Source of the DNA: Mytilus californianus | Lineage: Eukaryota | Direction: 5' to 3' | DNA length: 64,000 nt | Assembly: GCF_021869535.1 (NCBI RefSeq) | Contig: NW_026262723.1 | Span: 88,970,001-89,034,000, forward strand | In this document: positions 1 to 14,280 of the stretch, piece by piece | How positions within the stretch are numbered: the stretch's first letter is position 1 | Layout of the letters: each line of letters begins with the position of its first letter | The notes under the pieces: generated by a model | Told to the model about the DNA's origin: nothing | Databases searched by the model: none | Seen by the model: only the letters and a program-made list of their open reading frames with translations | Position numbers and translations under genes: made by a program

Positions 1-1199
1 TAGCAATCTTTAACAAGCATCTACTTACTTGTTATATTAGACAACGTTTATATGAAAAATGATGCTTTAACAGTAACAATGACATTGTCATAGTTATATA
101 AAAGTTTTGTCTCTAACAAGAAAACTTATTACAATTTTTTATGACTGTGGACTGGTCCCAAATACAATTGGTGGAATCGAGGGAAGAACTCTGGATAGTT
201 TAGTGTCTAGAGACTATTTGACTTTTTTTTACATGCCCAGTTAAAGATTGGGTTGCCAAAGATAAGACTAAAACCAAATAAAAGGTCGGAGCAATAATGC
301 ACCAGAACGTCCCGAAAGGACATAAATTCGGACTCAAACAAAAACTAAAAAAATTAAAAATTAAAAACATACCACATTGTTCTGAAATAAAATTCAAATT
401 GGACTTGAACCGACTAATTTGAGTATCCGACAAACGAGATAAAAAAAAAAACTACTTGACGAAACCGTTCACTGAACTCGTCAACATTTGTAATTACATA
501 ATTTAGCAATTGAAAATGTGAATATTGAAAACAGACGTTTAATTGTTTTAAGCATAAATATTTTCATTTTTATTTTTAATATTTGGTCACCCGGGGCCTT
601 TATAGACTATACGGTATGGGTTTTGCTCATTGTTGAAGGTCGTTTGGTTAACTGTAGCTGTCAACATCCTCGTCCGTTGATCCCTGGTGGATAGTTTTCT
701 CCTTATGTTGTATAATGTTGCAATTCGCTCGCCCCGCGTTATCGTATGTGCCGTCTTATATACAAGGATAGGCCATGATAACATGTTTCCGTGGTACTGA
801 TATAACAAGGGCATTAGTTAAGTTATTACCTTGGTTATTACACATTCAAAAATATATGTGATGAAATGAATTCAGCTACATATAAAACTGAACCGAATGA
901 TGAATAGCATAATGGTTAAGTTTTTGTTAAAAACTAACATTGCATGGAAAGTTGTATGCACCTATGTAATTTTCACAGAATTATCCACCATTTGGTAGGA
1001 TTAAATAGCCGTCTGAAAGTATTACGGGGCATAGTGACAAATTACAAACTACACTAATACCATTTGCAGAACAGAAATGAAAGAAAATTTCAAACGGAAA
1101 AAATGTTTGGTTTTATAATTTGTCGCTGTCTAGAGGAGTGATATATCGGAGAAACTTTCCATTTGCCTGCTGTACAAATAGCATACGGACAAAATCGGA

Positions 1200-1272
1200 T
1201 GACGTCATTAATTCAAGAAAGCTAATTATCACATGTTTATAAAGAGTTCATACGTGCAGATATATTATAAAA
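1200..1272 (+). promoter_or_regulatory. Candidate GPCR promoter: full CRE palindrome plus TATA-like box
   Basis: TGACGTCA at 1200-1207 and TATAAAA at 1266-1272, about 400-480 bp upstream of the ATG. TATA-like motifs are common by chance in AT-rich DNA. Confidence 0.3.
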
Positions 1273-1678
1273 TACCAAAAATAAAAGTTGGTTTCGTAGA
1301 CTGCAGATCAGCTAATAAAAGATTGAATTATTGTTTAACGAGAGCAGGCTTTTTTTATCATGTGAATTTATAGATATTTCATAAACAATAATAGCATATT
1401 AGTTTGATGTTGAGTTATTTTGCGGTAGCTTTTTGCATATGGAACTGAAGCAGCTATGAAACTCGAGATGTTTGAATTGATAGAGTAATTAATATTTTGA
1501 TTAACATAATAAAACTATTTATCTTTTCTGGTACAAAGTCAGTATGGTTTCTTTAATAAAATCAAAGATCAAGTAAATAATTATCAAGTGCAATTACTTT
1601 GGCAATGATTATATATCATCATCTTAAATACCGCTATGCAGAATTTGGAACTTTAGTCGTGTGGATTTCCCGGAAACA

Positions 1679-2073
1679 ATGAGTAACAACACACCAAGTG
1701 AGGGAGAGTTATGGGAATGGCTACGGAATCACACGGATCCTGATGATATACTACCGGACGATTTGGGTCAAAATTGGAAAACTGCCTTGATAATTACATA
1801 CAGCCTTATTATTATAGGTGGAATCATAGGAAATGTACTAGTTGTTGCAGTGATCCTGTTAAATAAATCCATGAGATCAGTAACCAACGTACTTCTAGTT
1901 TCCCTGGCTGGTAGTGACACACTCATAGCCTCTTGGAACATTCCTATGCAGCTGGTTTATTATGTTAAAAATGAATGGACAATGGGAGAAACGCTGTGTA
2001 AAGGTGCTAGTTACTTACAAAATGTTAGTGTTGTCGCTAGTATCACCACTCTGATGGTAGTTTCAATAGAAAG
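1679..2073 (+). CDS. Class A (rhodopsin-like) neuropeptide-type GPCR, exon 1 of 2 (QRFP/orexin/RFamide-receptor-like)
   Basis: ATG at 1679. TM1 GN motif (GIIGNVLV), TM2 LAGSD, extracellular loop W...LC, TM3 ending SIE-R. Donor AG|GTAAGC at 2073/2074 splits the R of the ERY motif (phase 2). Confidence 0.92.
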
Positions 2074-2416
2074 GTAAGCTCATTCATAATAAGTAAATTA
2101 GTAAATTACGGTTCCTTCAGAGTGTAAAAAAATTATCAAAGATACCAGACTTATAATTTTGTACGCCAAACGCGCTATTCGTCATCAAAAGACTCATCAA
2201 TGTGCTTGCTTTTTCAAAACTCTGACGGTAGTATTAGTAGAAAGGTATAAGCTTATTCATAATTATAGATATAAAGGCTTCTCCAGTGTATAAGTGAGCC
2301 TGCTTTGTTATCTCAACAAGTTGTTAAATTCATAATTTAGTGTATTTGTGGTGTGTTAAAAAATGAAACCTCTCTGATATTTTTAAGTTATTGTGAAATT
2401 AAATGCGTTCGACCAA

Positions 2417-3286
2417 TTTTTTGTAGATGTATCTAACTCATGTATAGTTGTGATAACTTGTCCACGTTTTTTTGTAGATGTATCTAACTCATGTTAAGTT
2501 GTGATTCCTTGTCCACGTTTTTTTGTAGATGTATCTAACTCATGTATAGTTGTGATTACTTGTCCACGTTTTTTTGTAGATGTATCTAACTCATGTATAG
2601 TTGTGATTCCTTGTCCACGTTTTTTTGTAGATGTATCTAACTCATGTATAGTTGTGATTACTTGTCCAGGTTTGTTTGTAGATGTATCTAACTCATGTAT
2701 AGTTGTGATTCCTTGTCCAGGTTTTTTTTGTAGATGTATCTAACTCATGTATAGTTGTGATTCCTTGTCCACGTTTTTTTTGTAGATGTATCTAACTCAT
2801 GTATAGTTGTGATTCCTTGTCCAGGTTTTTTTGTAGATGTATCTAACTCATGTATAGTTGTGATTACTTGTCCAGGTTTGTTTGTAGATGTATCTAACTC
2901 ATGTATAGTTGTGATTACTTGTCCACGTTTTTTTGTAGATGTATCTAACTCATATATAGTTGTGATTCCTTGTCCAGATTTTTCTGTAGATGTATCTTAC
3001 TCATGTATAGTTGTGATTACTTGTCCACGTTTTTTTTGTAGATGTATCTTACTCATGTATAGTTGTGATTCCTCGTCCAGGTTTTTTTGTAGATGTATCT
3101 AACTCATGTATAGTTGTGATTCCTTGTCCACGTTTTTTTGTAGATGTATCTAACTCATGTATAGTTGTGATTACTGGTCCACGTTTTTTTGTAGATGTAT
3201 CTAACTCCTGTATAGTTGTGATTACTTGTCCACGTTTTTTTGTAGATGTATCTAACTCATGTATAGTTGTGATTACTTTTCCACGT
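2417..3286. repeat. Tandem minisatellite, ~51-bp unit, ~17 copies, in the GPCR intron
   Basis: Repeating TTTTTTGTAGATGTATCTAACTCATGTATAGTTGTGATT(A/C)CTTGTCCACG; the 17-aa periodicity of the ORF-track peptides matches 51 bp. Confidence 0.95.
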
Positions 3287-5669
3287 TTGTCTTTAATTTT
3301 TGTCCTTTTTTTGTTTTGTCAGCTTTTCAATGGTTGTCTAAGGTTTTTGACTTTCAAATATTTTCGCCTTTATCATCACTTAAGGGATATTAATTGTCGA
3401 AATGTGTATCTAGTGCAGGAATATTGGTACCGTGACTGATATTACTGCCACTGGGTCGATACCTTGAGTTGATTTTACCTTTTGTCCTTTTATGGTTTTA
3501 TCAACTCTTTTATCAACGTTTGTATCAAGTTTTTTGAATTTCAAATAGTTTGGCCTAACGCATCACCGTGCACTGAAGCTGAGAAATTAATTGTCGAAAT
3601 ACACATCTGTTGCCGGAAAATTGATACCGTCAATTTGTTACTATTTAACATAAATATATAAGAATAAGAACCACCAACAACCTTCTTATCCAATGAGTTT
3701 CATCTTCTACTCAATCTTTATGTTATCAAAATTGCAACTCACTCGGCTAAAGCTGATATAGGCATGTTAGATTATGGCTTGCTCACATCAGTTTTAAGTA
3801 TTTTCAATCGTTTGGTGACAAAATATTGAAAAAAACACCTGTAATGCACACTTTATTTAAGTATAAAATGGTTATTCTACACTCTAACACTAAGTACCGG
3901 TACATTGCAAAGGGTAATGGGAAGTGAGGATAAGGGGATACAGTTTGAGCATAGAGTGCGTATATGTAAAATGATATCTGTATAAAACGGATGTGGGGTA
4001 TACTACTTTAATTCTAAGTCATGAATACATAGGTTATCTTACCCATCCGAGTATTGATCAATTATTTAGACTCATTTTTCCTTTTTTTTTTTGTCATCAC
4101 TCTCGATACGATAATGGTAGAATCGCCACTATTCAATAATTTTAGTGTGAATTGTTTACTTGCAAATTAAAAAAAAAAAAGATTACTCTTCTATGTAATG
4201 TCAGTCACAAAGTTTGAAACAATTAAAGTTATTTTGCAGGTGGTACATGTTTGATATATACTGTATCTATAGTAAAGCTTGTCTTTCATTATCACATTAT
4301 CTGGATTTGTTTAAATAGCAGAGCTAATTTCCGTTGTATAAAGATGGTTTGTAAACAGAATTAACGTTAATATACTTCTTGTCCTTAATTCAGATCTCAA
4401 CTTTGCTGATAAACATTTCTGATTTCGAAATCTGAAACAATTGAATATACTAGTAATAAATAACTGTAGGCGATTTTAATTATCAATATGGTTTTTTAGT
4501 TGGTGAGCTTTCAAATATGTAGTACCGATCCACCATACATGTTTAACTTTCTTCGTAAATAAAAATTTGCAAAAAACAATGCACAGATTTAAAAAAAAAA
4601 AACTCTAGATTTAAAAAAACAGAGTTGTTTTTTTTATTAAAAAACAGTTTTCTTTGAAATATAAAATGTAAACTGGTTTAGGAGGCTTTGGGAAAAGGAC
4701 AAATAATCAGAACACAAAATAGCAAAATACGACCGTAAAACAAATTAAATATAAACATATAAATATTGGAACCTTACAGTCTGTCTTGTTAACAGAATGT
4801 TATTAGATAGATTCATAATACTTTTCTTTTTTTCTAATTCAATGGTCAAAAAGAAGCTTTATCATTCATTCCCCTTCGCAAGTTTACGAACTGGAAACAA
4901 TTCTGAGCAACAAATGCCGACACATTGACTTCTAGCGCCGAAAAAAATTTACTGTGTATAAATACTCGGTAACGACCGAAATGATGAAGTAGTTACATTG
5001 GCATTTACTTGTTGGAATACAAAGCTATTCACATTTTTAAAAATCAAAGTAATTATAGTATAGTATAATGCATTGAAATATCTCAGCTAATCCTGCAATT
5101 CGATTGGTTATCTTGACAGGGTGTGAGCCCATATACCCTGTGAATAAAAACGAAGAACTGTTGATATCAGGACACTCCAGTATAATATAATTGTTATTCG
5201 GGCTTGCAGCTCAAGAGATATAAAACACTGACAGAGAATATGAACCCATATCCCCTGTGAAGATCCCGAATAACTTAACGTCCGTAGATGACCAGTTGCA
5301 AGGCTATAAGTTTCTAGTACTACCCAATACACCCTCGCTTTCCAGTAGTTTTGGTGGTTCTCCGTCCCATTTCTTAGTCTGCCAAATCTTCAAATCGGCC
5401 GAATGGTTATAATGTTCTTAAATAAAAATTGAATTGATTTGTTATAATATAAAAAAAAAACGCTCCATGTATTTACAGAAATCTGTTTCTTTGTTGTTGT
5501 TTTTTTTTATTAATCTGGTTTTAACTCTTATGCTTTGTGATCGTGTTCTGAATTCATCAGTATCGAATTCAGTTTGTAAGATATTACAATTATATGACAA
5601 ATTATGTATTACTACAGTTCCACAGAACCATTTAAAGGTCAAACTAATTCTATTTTTTTTATTATTTAG

Positions 5670-6342
5670 GTACTACGCTATTTGCCACCCTTTAAAAGCA
5701 CGCTATATAAGAACACCACAGAGAGCTGGGATTCTCATTGCCATAATTTGGATATTTTCATTGACCGTGTCCATACCAATGTTAATGATACAAAGACTAG
5801 AAATACGACTTAAAGTAGAATTTGTGTATATCAAATTAGCCTATGTCTGCGCAGAATACTATTCGGAACATGTTTATGATGTTGTGCACACACTTTTTAT
5901 GTTTCTAGTTTTTTACACAGTTCCAATGGTAGTTATGTTTTGTGCTTATGGTAGAATAGCGTATCAGCTTTGGATACGAAAACCTATAGGTGACTCTCTA
6001 GGATCTCCACAGTATCTTATTAAAACACGACGACAGAAGAGAAAAATAATCCGAATGCTCATAACAGTGGTTGTTCTGTTCGGATTATGCTGGCTTCCGT
6101 TTTTTGCCATTCAACTGCATCATTTAGAACATGATATTGATAACTCTTTTAGGTCAGCTCAAACTATCGTTCATATACTGGGTTACTTAAACTGCGTTTT
6201 AAACCCTATTGTGTATGGCTTTATGAACGAAAACTTTAAACAATGTTTAAAATCGTCCATTTTGAAATGTCGAGGCATTTTCAAGACGACCAAGAGGCCG
6301 TCGCTACACACAGTCAGTATTACTGTACAGAGCGCTGTCTAA
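5670..6342 (+). CDS. Same GPCR, exon 2 of 2 (TM4-TM7 and tail); spliced product 355 aa
   Basis: Pyrimidine tract and TTTAG|G acceptor at 5669/5670 restore ERYYAICHPL. TM6 CWLPFF and TM7 NCVLNPIVYGFMNENFK present; stop at 6340-6342. Receptor subfamily cannot be fixed from motifs alone. Confidence 0.92.
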
Positions 6343-6908
6343 GAGGTACTACATGAAAAGCTATGATAGAGGAATATCGTTATTCTTATTTATAAAATTG
6401 GTTTTGAAGTTGAAGGGTAATTTATTACAAAGAGAATGTGATTGAAGGGAGTAATTCTTTGAAAAACAATATGTTATGAAAGAGGATCACGTTATTGGAC
6501 TTTAATCGTCTAAATACAAGAACTTTCATATGTATGATGAAATTTCAAGTTTCGTTTTTATCAAATCACATGATTTTTTAACACTCTCACGGCTAATCAA
6601 AGTAGGCTATTTTGATCAAAATCATTTTCAGATTTAGTCGTTTCAGATTTATCGAATTTAAATAATAAATACTGAACTTACATAATTATTATGTTTCCTA
6701 TCACTTATTTGTGGATAAGCGTGTCTTGCGCTCTTGATTAACAGTTAATTTCTTATTATTCTTGTGAGGTTGTTTTTTTTTATATCAAAAATATAATCTT
6801 ATATAACATACAAAATTCATCAATATTAGTGGAATTGCAATTTTCATTGCTCCAATTTTGATTTGAATAAAACCTGTTCTAGGTGATGTTTGAAACAATC
6901 AATTAAAA

Positions 6909-9216
6909 AATAATAAAATCATTTTGCTGAGCTAAATGTGAAACAAGGGATCCAGATAATAAAATCATTTTGCTTAGCTTAAAATAACAAAGGGATCTAA
7001 ATAATAAAATCATTTTGTTGAGCTAAATGTGAAACAAGGGATCCAAATAATAAAATCATTTTTCTGAGCTTAATGTGAAACAAGGGATCCAAATAATAAA
7101 ATCATTTTGCAGAGCTAAAAGGGATCAAATAATAAAATCATTTTACTGAGCTAATTGTGAAACAAGGGATCCAAATAATAAATTCATTTTACTGAGCTTA
7201 ATGTGAAACAAGGGATCCAAATAAAAAAATCATTTTACTGACCTTAATGTGAAACAAGGGATCCAAATAATAAAATCATTTTGCTGAGCTAAATGTGAAA
7301 CAAGAGATCCAAATAATAAAATCATTTTGCTGAGCTAAATGTGAAACAAGGGATCCAAATAATAAAATCATTTAGCTGAGTTTAATGTGAAACAAGGGTT
7401 CCAAATATTAAAAACTTTTTGCTGGGCTAAATGTGAAACAAGGGATCCTAATAATAAAATCATTTTGCTGAGCTAAATGTCAAACAAGGGATCCAAATAA
7501 TAAAATCATTTTGCTGAGCTAAATGTGAAACAAGGGATCCAAATAATAAAATCTTTTTGCTGAGCTAAATGTGAAACAAGGAATCCAAATGATAAAATCG
7601 TTTTACTGAGCTAAATGTGAAACAAGGGATCCAAATATTAAAAACATTTTGCTGGGCTAAATGTGAAACAAGTGATCCATATAATAAAATCATTTTACTA
7701 AGCTAAATGTGAAACAAGGGATCGAATTAATAAAATCATTTTGCTGAGCTTAATGTGAAACAAGGGATCCAAATAATAAAATCATTTTGCTGAGCTAAAT
7801 GTGAAATAAGGGATCCTAATAATAAAATCATTTTGCTGAGCTAAATGTGAAACAAGAGATCCAAATAATAAAATCGTTTTGCTGAGCTTAATGTGAAACA
7901 AGGGATCAAAATAATAAAATCATTTTACTGAGCTAAATGTGAAACAAGGGATCCAAATAATAAAATCGTTTTGCTGAGCTTAATGGGAAACAAGGGACCC
8001 AAATAATAAAATCATTTTGCTGAGCTTAATGTGAAACAATGGATTCAAATAATAAAATCATTTTACTGAGCTAAAAGTGAAACAAGGGATCCAAATAATA
8101 AAATCATTTTGCTGAGCTAAATGTGAAACAAGGAATCAAAATAATAAAACAACATTTTACTGAGCTAAATGTGAAACAAGGGATCCAAATAATAAAATCA
8201 TTTTGCTGAGCTTAATGTGAAACAAGGGATCCAAATAATAAAATCATTTTACTGAGCTTATTGTGAAACAAGGGATCCAAATAATAAAATCATTTTACTG
8301 AGCTTAAAATAACAAAGGGATTCAGATAATAAAATCATTGGATCCAAATAATAAAATCATTTTGCTGAGCTTAATGTGAAACAAGGGATCAAAATTATAA
8401 AATCATTTTACTGAGCTAAACGTGAAACAATGGATCCAAATAATAAAATCATTTTACTGAGCTAAATGTGAAACAAGGGATCCAAATAATAAAATCATTT
8501 TACTGAGCTTAATGTGAAACAAGAGATCAAAATAATAAAACAACATTTTACTGAGCTAAATGTGAAACAAGGGATCCAAATAATAAAATCATTTTGCTGA
8601 GCTTAATGTGAAACAAGGGATCCAAATAATAAAATCATTTTACTGAGCTAAATGTGAAACAAGGGATCCAAATAATAAAATCATTTTACTGAGCTTAATG
8701 TGAAACAAGAGATCAAAATAATAAAACAACATTTTACTGAGCTCAATGTGAAACAAGGGATCCAAATAATAAAATCATTTTGCTGAGCTTAATGTGAAAC
8801 AAGGGATCCAAATAATAAAATCATTTTACTGAGCTTATTGTGAAACAAGGGATCCAAATAATAAAATCATTCTACTGAGCTTAAAATAACAAAGGGATTC
8901 AGATAATAAAATCATTGGATCCAAATAATAAAATCATTTTGCTGAGCTAAATGTGAAACAAGGGATCAAAATAATAAAATCATTTTACTGAGCTAAACGT
9001 GAAACAAGGGATCCAAATAATAAAATCATTTTACTGAGCTAAATGTGAAACAAGGGATCCAAATAATAAAATCATTTTACTGAGCTTAATGTGAAACAAG
9101 AGATCCAAATAATAAAATAATTTTACTGAGCTAAATGTAAAACAAGGGATCCAAATAATAAAATCATTTTGCTGAGCTTAATGTGAAACAAGGAATCCAA
9201 ATAATAAAACAACATT
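6909..9216. repeat. Tandem satellite array, ~46-bp unit, ~50 copies
   Basis: Repeating AATAATAAAATCATTTTGCTGAGCTAAATGTGAAACAAGGGATCCA with variant monomers. Confidence 0.95.
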
Positions 9217-12200
9217 GTTCAGGTAAGTGAAATGTTAAAATGAGAATATTAGATAAATGCAAAAATACATGGTAAGGTTGAAGTACCAATTTCATAATAC
9301 GTATGTCCATAACTACAATTAACTTAGATAATGGAGAATAATCTTCGATCTAAAGTGTTAGAACTTTTGCATGGGAAAAGATGTTGTAGATGAGTAAGTT
9401 AAAGAACTTGGGTTTATATTCTGTACAAAATACAGTAAAATTAAGTCTGTATGCATTCAAAGGGAATCACCAAGTATACTGGACATAGAAACTGTACAAA
9501 AAAAAACCAACACACTCAAACAAGAAACACACATATGGACAAACAATATGAAAACGACCGAATTTTGTTAAAATTTTTGAAAATCATAAGATTCTGACAC
9601 AGTTAAGATGCAGCTATATTTAAAGGTTGGATCTGGTAATTAGAAGTGGTTGTGGTAAATGAATTTATATTTAACATTAAGTCAACTCTACGCAAAAGTA
9701 AAATACAACCGGTTACTGCTGGCATTTATTTAGTTACTTTTCATTTGTACGGTTGTCTTTGTTGTCTATTGTATCGGTATTAAAGAGTTAATTACTTTCT
9801 TGGATTTATTTTTAATAAAATTTCCTCTATGAACCTTTTGTTATTTTGGTTTTGTAGAGATTAGATATGAGGGATGAGTGCTCAAAAATGAGTTTTACCT
9901 TCTCAAAATGTTCATGTGCCTGTCCCTAGCAATGAACATCGTCAGTAAATGGTTGATGTTAGATCTTAGTTATTTCTCTTTCCTTTTCGAAAGTGTAGTT
10001 TCTGTCTTTCAAAAGGAGGGGGAGGCGGGAGGATTTTGAAAATGAATAACTTGTTAGTCCCCTAAGACGATTTATACGTATCGATGGCAGAAAATTTTGT
10101 TAAATAGAATCTAGCTATCTTTAAATCCGCTACAGTAATAAAGGAGTATCACTAATTTTAACTTTTTCGGAGGAGTTGGTTTATTGGTTGATGTGATATT
10201 TTGTTCTGTCCAGTACTTTTGGTGACTTTCTGTTATCTTTTTTATGTATTACAAAATTTGAATACGAGCATCGCGAATATGTCTCTGGTAGAGCACATCT
10301 GATAACCCACACAGAACACATTAGTTCGAGTTTTAGCTGGAGTTGTCGTGCTCAGTCTGCTACCTAGTAGTGTTACCTGGCCTTCTTTGAATTTTATTTT
10401 GATTACCACACACACTTCTTTGATACAGTCTTACTTTATTCTTGAGACAATCTTCTAAGCTCACTGTTTAGATTTCAATTTCACATTGAAAAACTGTAGA
10501 TTTCAAAATCAGATCCATTCTTAATTTTCTTGTTTTACTAGAATAGTTTTTCGTATTCTTACTTCATATAGTGATTTGGATTATGCTTTATTTGATGCCT
10601 GACGGTCTTTGTGTGTCCAACGGTTCACAGAAAGTAAAAAATTGAGCCCGCAGATATCAGAGCAATCTCGGACTAAAAGTGATTGGGTAAAATGAATAAC
10701 AGGATATATAGTTAAACGTCAATGTCAGTTAGCGACTCGACAACACTTGTAACCAAAAGTGATCTCGAGGTCAGCATAAGATCTTCAACAACAGTCAAGT
10801 ACTTTAGTAATGTCTCTTTAGAATTTTAAGCTGTTAATCGTTCCGTTTTGAATAAATTAAACAGAACCATCAAGGATCTGCTGTAAAATTCTAAGATAAT
10901 AATAGACTGGTTCCCTGTCCTTTATCTGTTTGGCTTGACAACAAGGGTATCTGAGATACCCGTATGTTGCAAGGGAGAGGACCAGCCTAAGATAATAACA
11001 ACTAAAATACATTTTTTTTTCGGAATTCCTTTCCAATTTTCTGATTTAAAATGAATGAAACATTAAAAAAGATTTTTGTCTGTATTTTATTCCTATTTTT
11101 CTGATGCATATGACTAGTAAAACTTCCGGATCACTGTATGGAGACAAACGTCATTTTGTACAAATAATATATATATTCATATATTCAGTCACTTGACAGC
11201 GTTTGGATAGGGAGACACCAAGAGGTAACCACTTTTGTTTTAATTTGTGTAATGTTTAATGGTTCCCCATAGCTAAACATGGATTTTTATATTATTTGGA
11301 GACGACAGGCGATTTCCTTGAAAGCGCAACCATTTTTCTCATTTTTTCTTCGACAAAGTTTCGTTCGATATTGTTTTACAGATTTAATGTTTTACTAAAC
11401 AATTTAAGATTTAAATGCTTCTTTTTCTAATTTTATTGGCGTGTAGAAGTGTTGACCGAAGGACTCTTTGTATATGAAGCGCTTCATACTGAAAATGTAC
11501 GCATGTTCAACCTTATTAAATTACAAAAAAAGAAGCATTCGATTCTTCTTATTTCAGTTTTATGCTATAACCATGAAATTACGATTAAATTCAAGGCTTT
11601 TTCTATACGAAAATACAATATAACTTTTCGAATGCCTCGGCCAATCAAAACTTATGAATCGTTTTTTTTTTTTCCTTTTTACACTGCGGAAGTAGATTGA
11701 TTTGTTTCTGTATAGTTTCCGCCCTTTAAACACATTACTTTTCGTATTGCATAATTCGATATGATATAGACAGTTTTTTAATATTGTGATTAATCGGTAT
11801 TATTAGTTGCGCTAAAATATAACAATTACGTGTTGTCTTGAGGAAAACAACCATATAATTTTTTGTATCGTAATTAGAATGAAATAACATATTCTTTTGT
11901 TGTACCTGAAATGATTTCTTCGTTAAGTTTGGATGTGATTCAATCTTTTCAGTGATTGTTTGGTCCATCCCAAAAGAACACAATCTGACTCTTCTGTATT
12001 GATTTTCAACCTAGTTTATCAATAATAAATGATATCATTTTAGAGAAAATATGAAATATAGATCGCAAAAAGAATGATCAAAATCATCTTTTATCGTCAA
12101 GACAATTGGAGATTTACAAACTGGTAAGATTTTTAGTCTTTCATGATTTTTGTTAATTTATCAGAATTTAAACGTTATCAATTAATGTGTTTAACATTAA

Positions 12201-12904
12201 TTTTTTATTATCTTCTCAAACTGATCTCAAACCGAGGATAAGGGTGAGATTCCTTTCTTTTTTTTTCTTATTTGTTAACAAGTTTTAAGATAATAAAGGG
12301 CGTTGGAAGTAAAAAAAAAAAAAAGATTTGACAACTACTTATAATTTCTATGTAATGATTTTAAATTTTATCATTTAATATCCCGAATATTTGTGTATGA
12401 TACGAGAATTCTTATTTCAAAAGTGCATATACGCATAAAGTAAATGGTTTAAACATAAAACACACACTGTGAGCATGACAAACCAACTGCAGATTCATGG
12501 AGAACACCCATTGATTTTGTTGATTATATAGATATGAATGTTGCTTGCTAAGCGTCCAGACTGTCACTGTAAAAATGAGGTTACGTCAACATTTCTTGAA
12601 CAGAGTAGAAAGACTTTTTAGTTAAAAAATCATCATAAAACTTACTAGTATGTAGTGTCGATTTCAGTTGTTCTTCCTCATAACTCTGTTGGAGCAGTTT
12701 TTATGTAGGAGCGCATGCATGTTAATGAAGTCCGTAGAGTGTAAACATGCACGAACGTAACATTTTAACTGAGATATGTAAACGCCAAACGATGTAGCAG
12801 AGGGAATGCTAACTAGAAATGGAAAGTTGGCAATTGGAAAGTTGAAATCATCACGTTTGTCATAGATTCTTGTTTGAAGTCGTCAATCTGTGTCAGTATC
12901 GAGG

Positions 12905-13190
12905 AAAAAGTAAAATAACAAAATTACCGAACTGCAAGGAAAATTCAAAACGGAAAGTTCTTTATCAAATGGCAAAATCAAAAGCTCAAACACATCAAAC
13001 GAATGAAAAACAACTGTCGTATTCCTGACTTGGTACAGGCATTGCCTTATGTAGAAAAGGTGGATTAAACCTCATTTTATATCTAGCTAAACCTCTCACT
13101 TGTATGACAGTCGCAAAAAAATTCATTATATTGACAACAATGTGTGAGCAAAACAAACAGACATAATAGGTAAAAATGTCAAAAGATCAA
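12905..13190 (-). mobile_element. 3' tail fragment of dispersed retroelement family C (Penelope-like)
   Basis: Shares ACAACTGTC(A/G)TATTCCTGACTTGGTACAGG...CTAGCTAAACCT...CTTGTATGACAG with 15690-16190, 17510-17780, 39700-39990 and 44384-44500. Confidence 0.65.
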
Positions 13191-14280
13191 CATATGAAAC
13201 AGACCTTCTACTTTCGGTATTATCCTGGATTTACCTTAATAATGAACGCTCAAACCTAATCAATCGTCATTTGAAAGTCAAATTTGTAAAACTGAATCCA
13301 CGTTAGAAGCTAAAAGATCAAAAGGGACATAAAAGAATAGTCAAATATATCTAAGGTTAACTATGTCTGAGGGAGTTGGAATCTCAGTTTCTAAAGAATT
13401 TCTTCTTTTTTTTCAACATGCTTGTTTTAAATCATGTCAGTACCTGATCCATTTTATGATTGAATGTTTAAAATAAAAACAATATAGCTGCGTAGTTTGA
13501 ATATTCAAATAATGAGCCGATACATTGGAACAACTGCAAAATAGATAAACAAACTTTATGATACTTTAAATAATTTCCGAAAATATTTATTGAATATGTC
13601 TTACTATATAGCACAAAATGTCTTACTATATAGCACAAAAAGTTTCATGTTTTCGCATTTGTGTGTCATGACTAATCTGATATTTTGAATGTATATTTCA
13701 ATATTTCAAGTATATCTGGTAAAAGGCCGATTGATTGCTAAAACAAACCAGATGGTGTGGAGAAAGTGGAAACTAGTATCTGTATTGTTGTTGTGTACAT
13801 ATCTTGTTATGGCGATTGGATATATCTTATTGTATATCATCACAACCAGCGAAGGTAAATATTGATTTTCCTGGAAACTTTACACCAAATCGTATTAACG
13901 AATGACGAAAATTCCATGTTCAGTGGTTGTAATAAAAAAATGAAGTATCGTCAAACAGGAATAAGTAACTGTCCGGCAGATCTCAAAATTGCTTACGGAG
14001 AACAATTGAACGTTATTGAAAGTTTCAGACTAACTTACTATTAAATCATTCATTAATAAAGAAGCTTTGTAATATGTAACGGTATTTACGGATGTACGAA
14101 CAGACATTCTGACGGTCGGAAACGGTCATTGCAGCATACCAACCACACCATGAGTATGAGTCATGAGAGTTTAATCGGTAGAATGGTAAATAAAACAACT
14201 GGATGATAAAAAAATTTAAAAAAAATAATACTAGCTCTAGTATTGATAACAATTATAAATTTAAAGATTGGTTTTGTTAA

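Noticed and set aside
2501-3439. Cys-rich repetitive ORFs (VVITCPRFFVDVSNSCI)n
   Set aside because: Translations of the 51-bp intronic minisatellite; frames break at T-run length changes.
5434-5669. N-terminal part of ORF 5434-6342 as coding
   Set aside because: Upstream of the splice acceptor at 5669; intronic read-through.
2417-9216. Arrays as possible CRISPR loci
   Set aside because: Head-to-tail monomers with no unique spacers, eukaryotic context and no cas genes.
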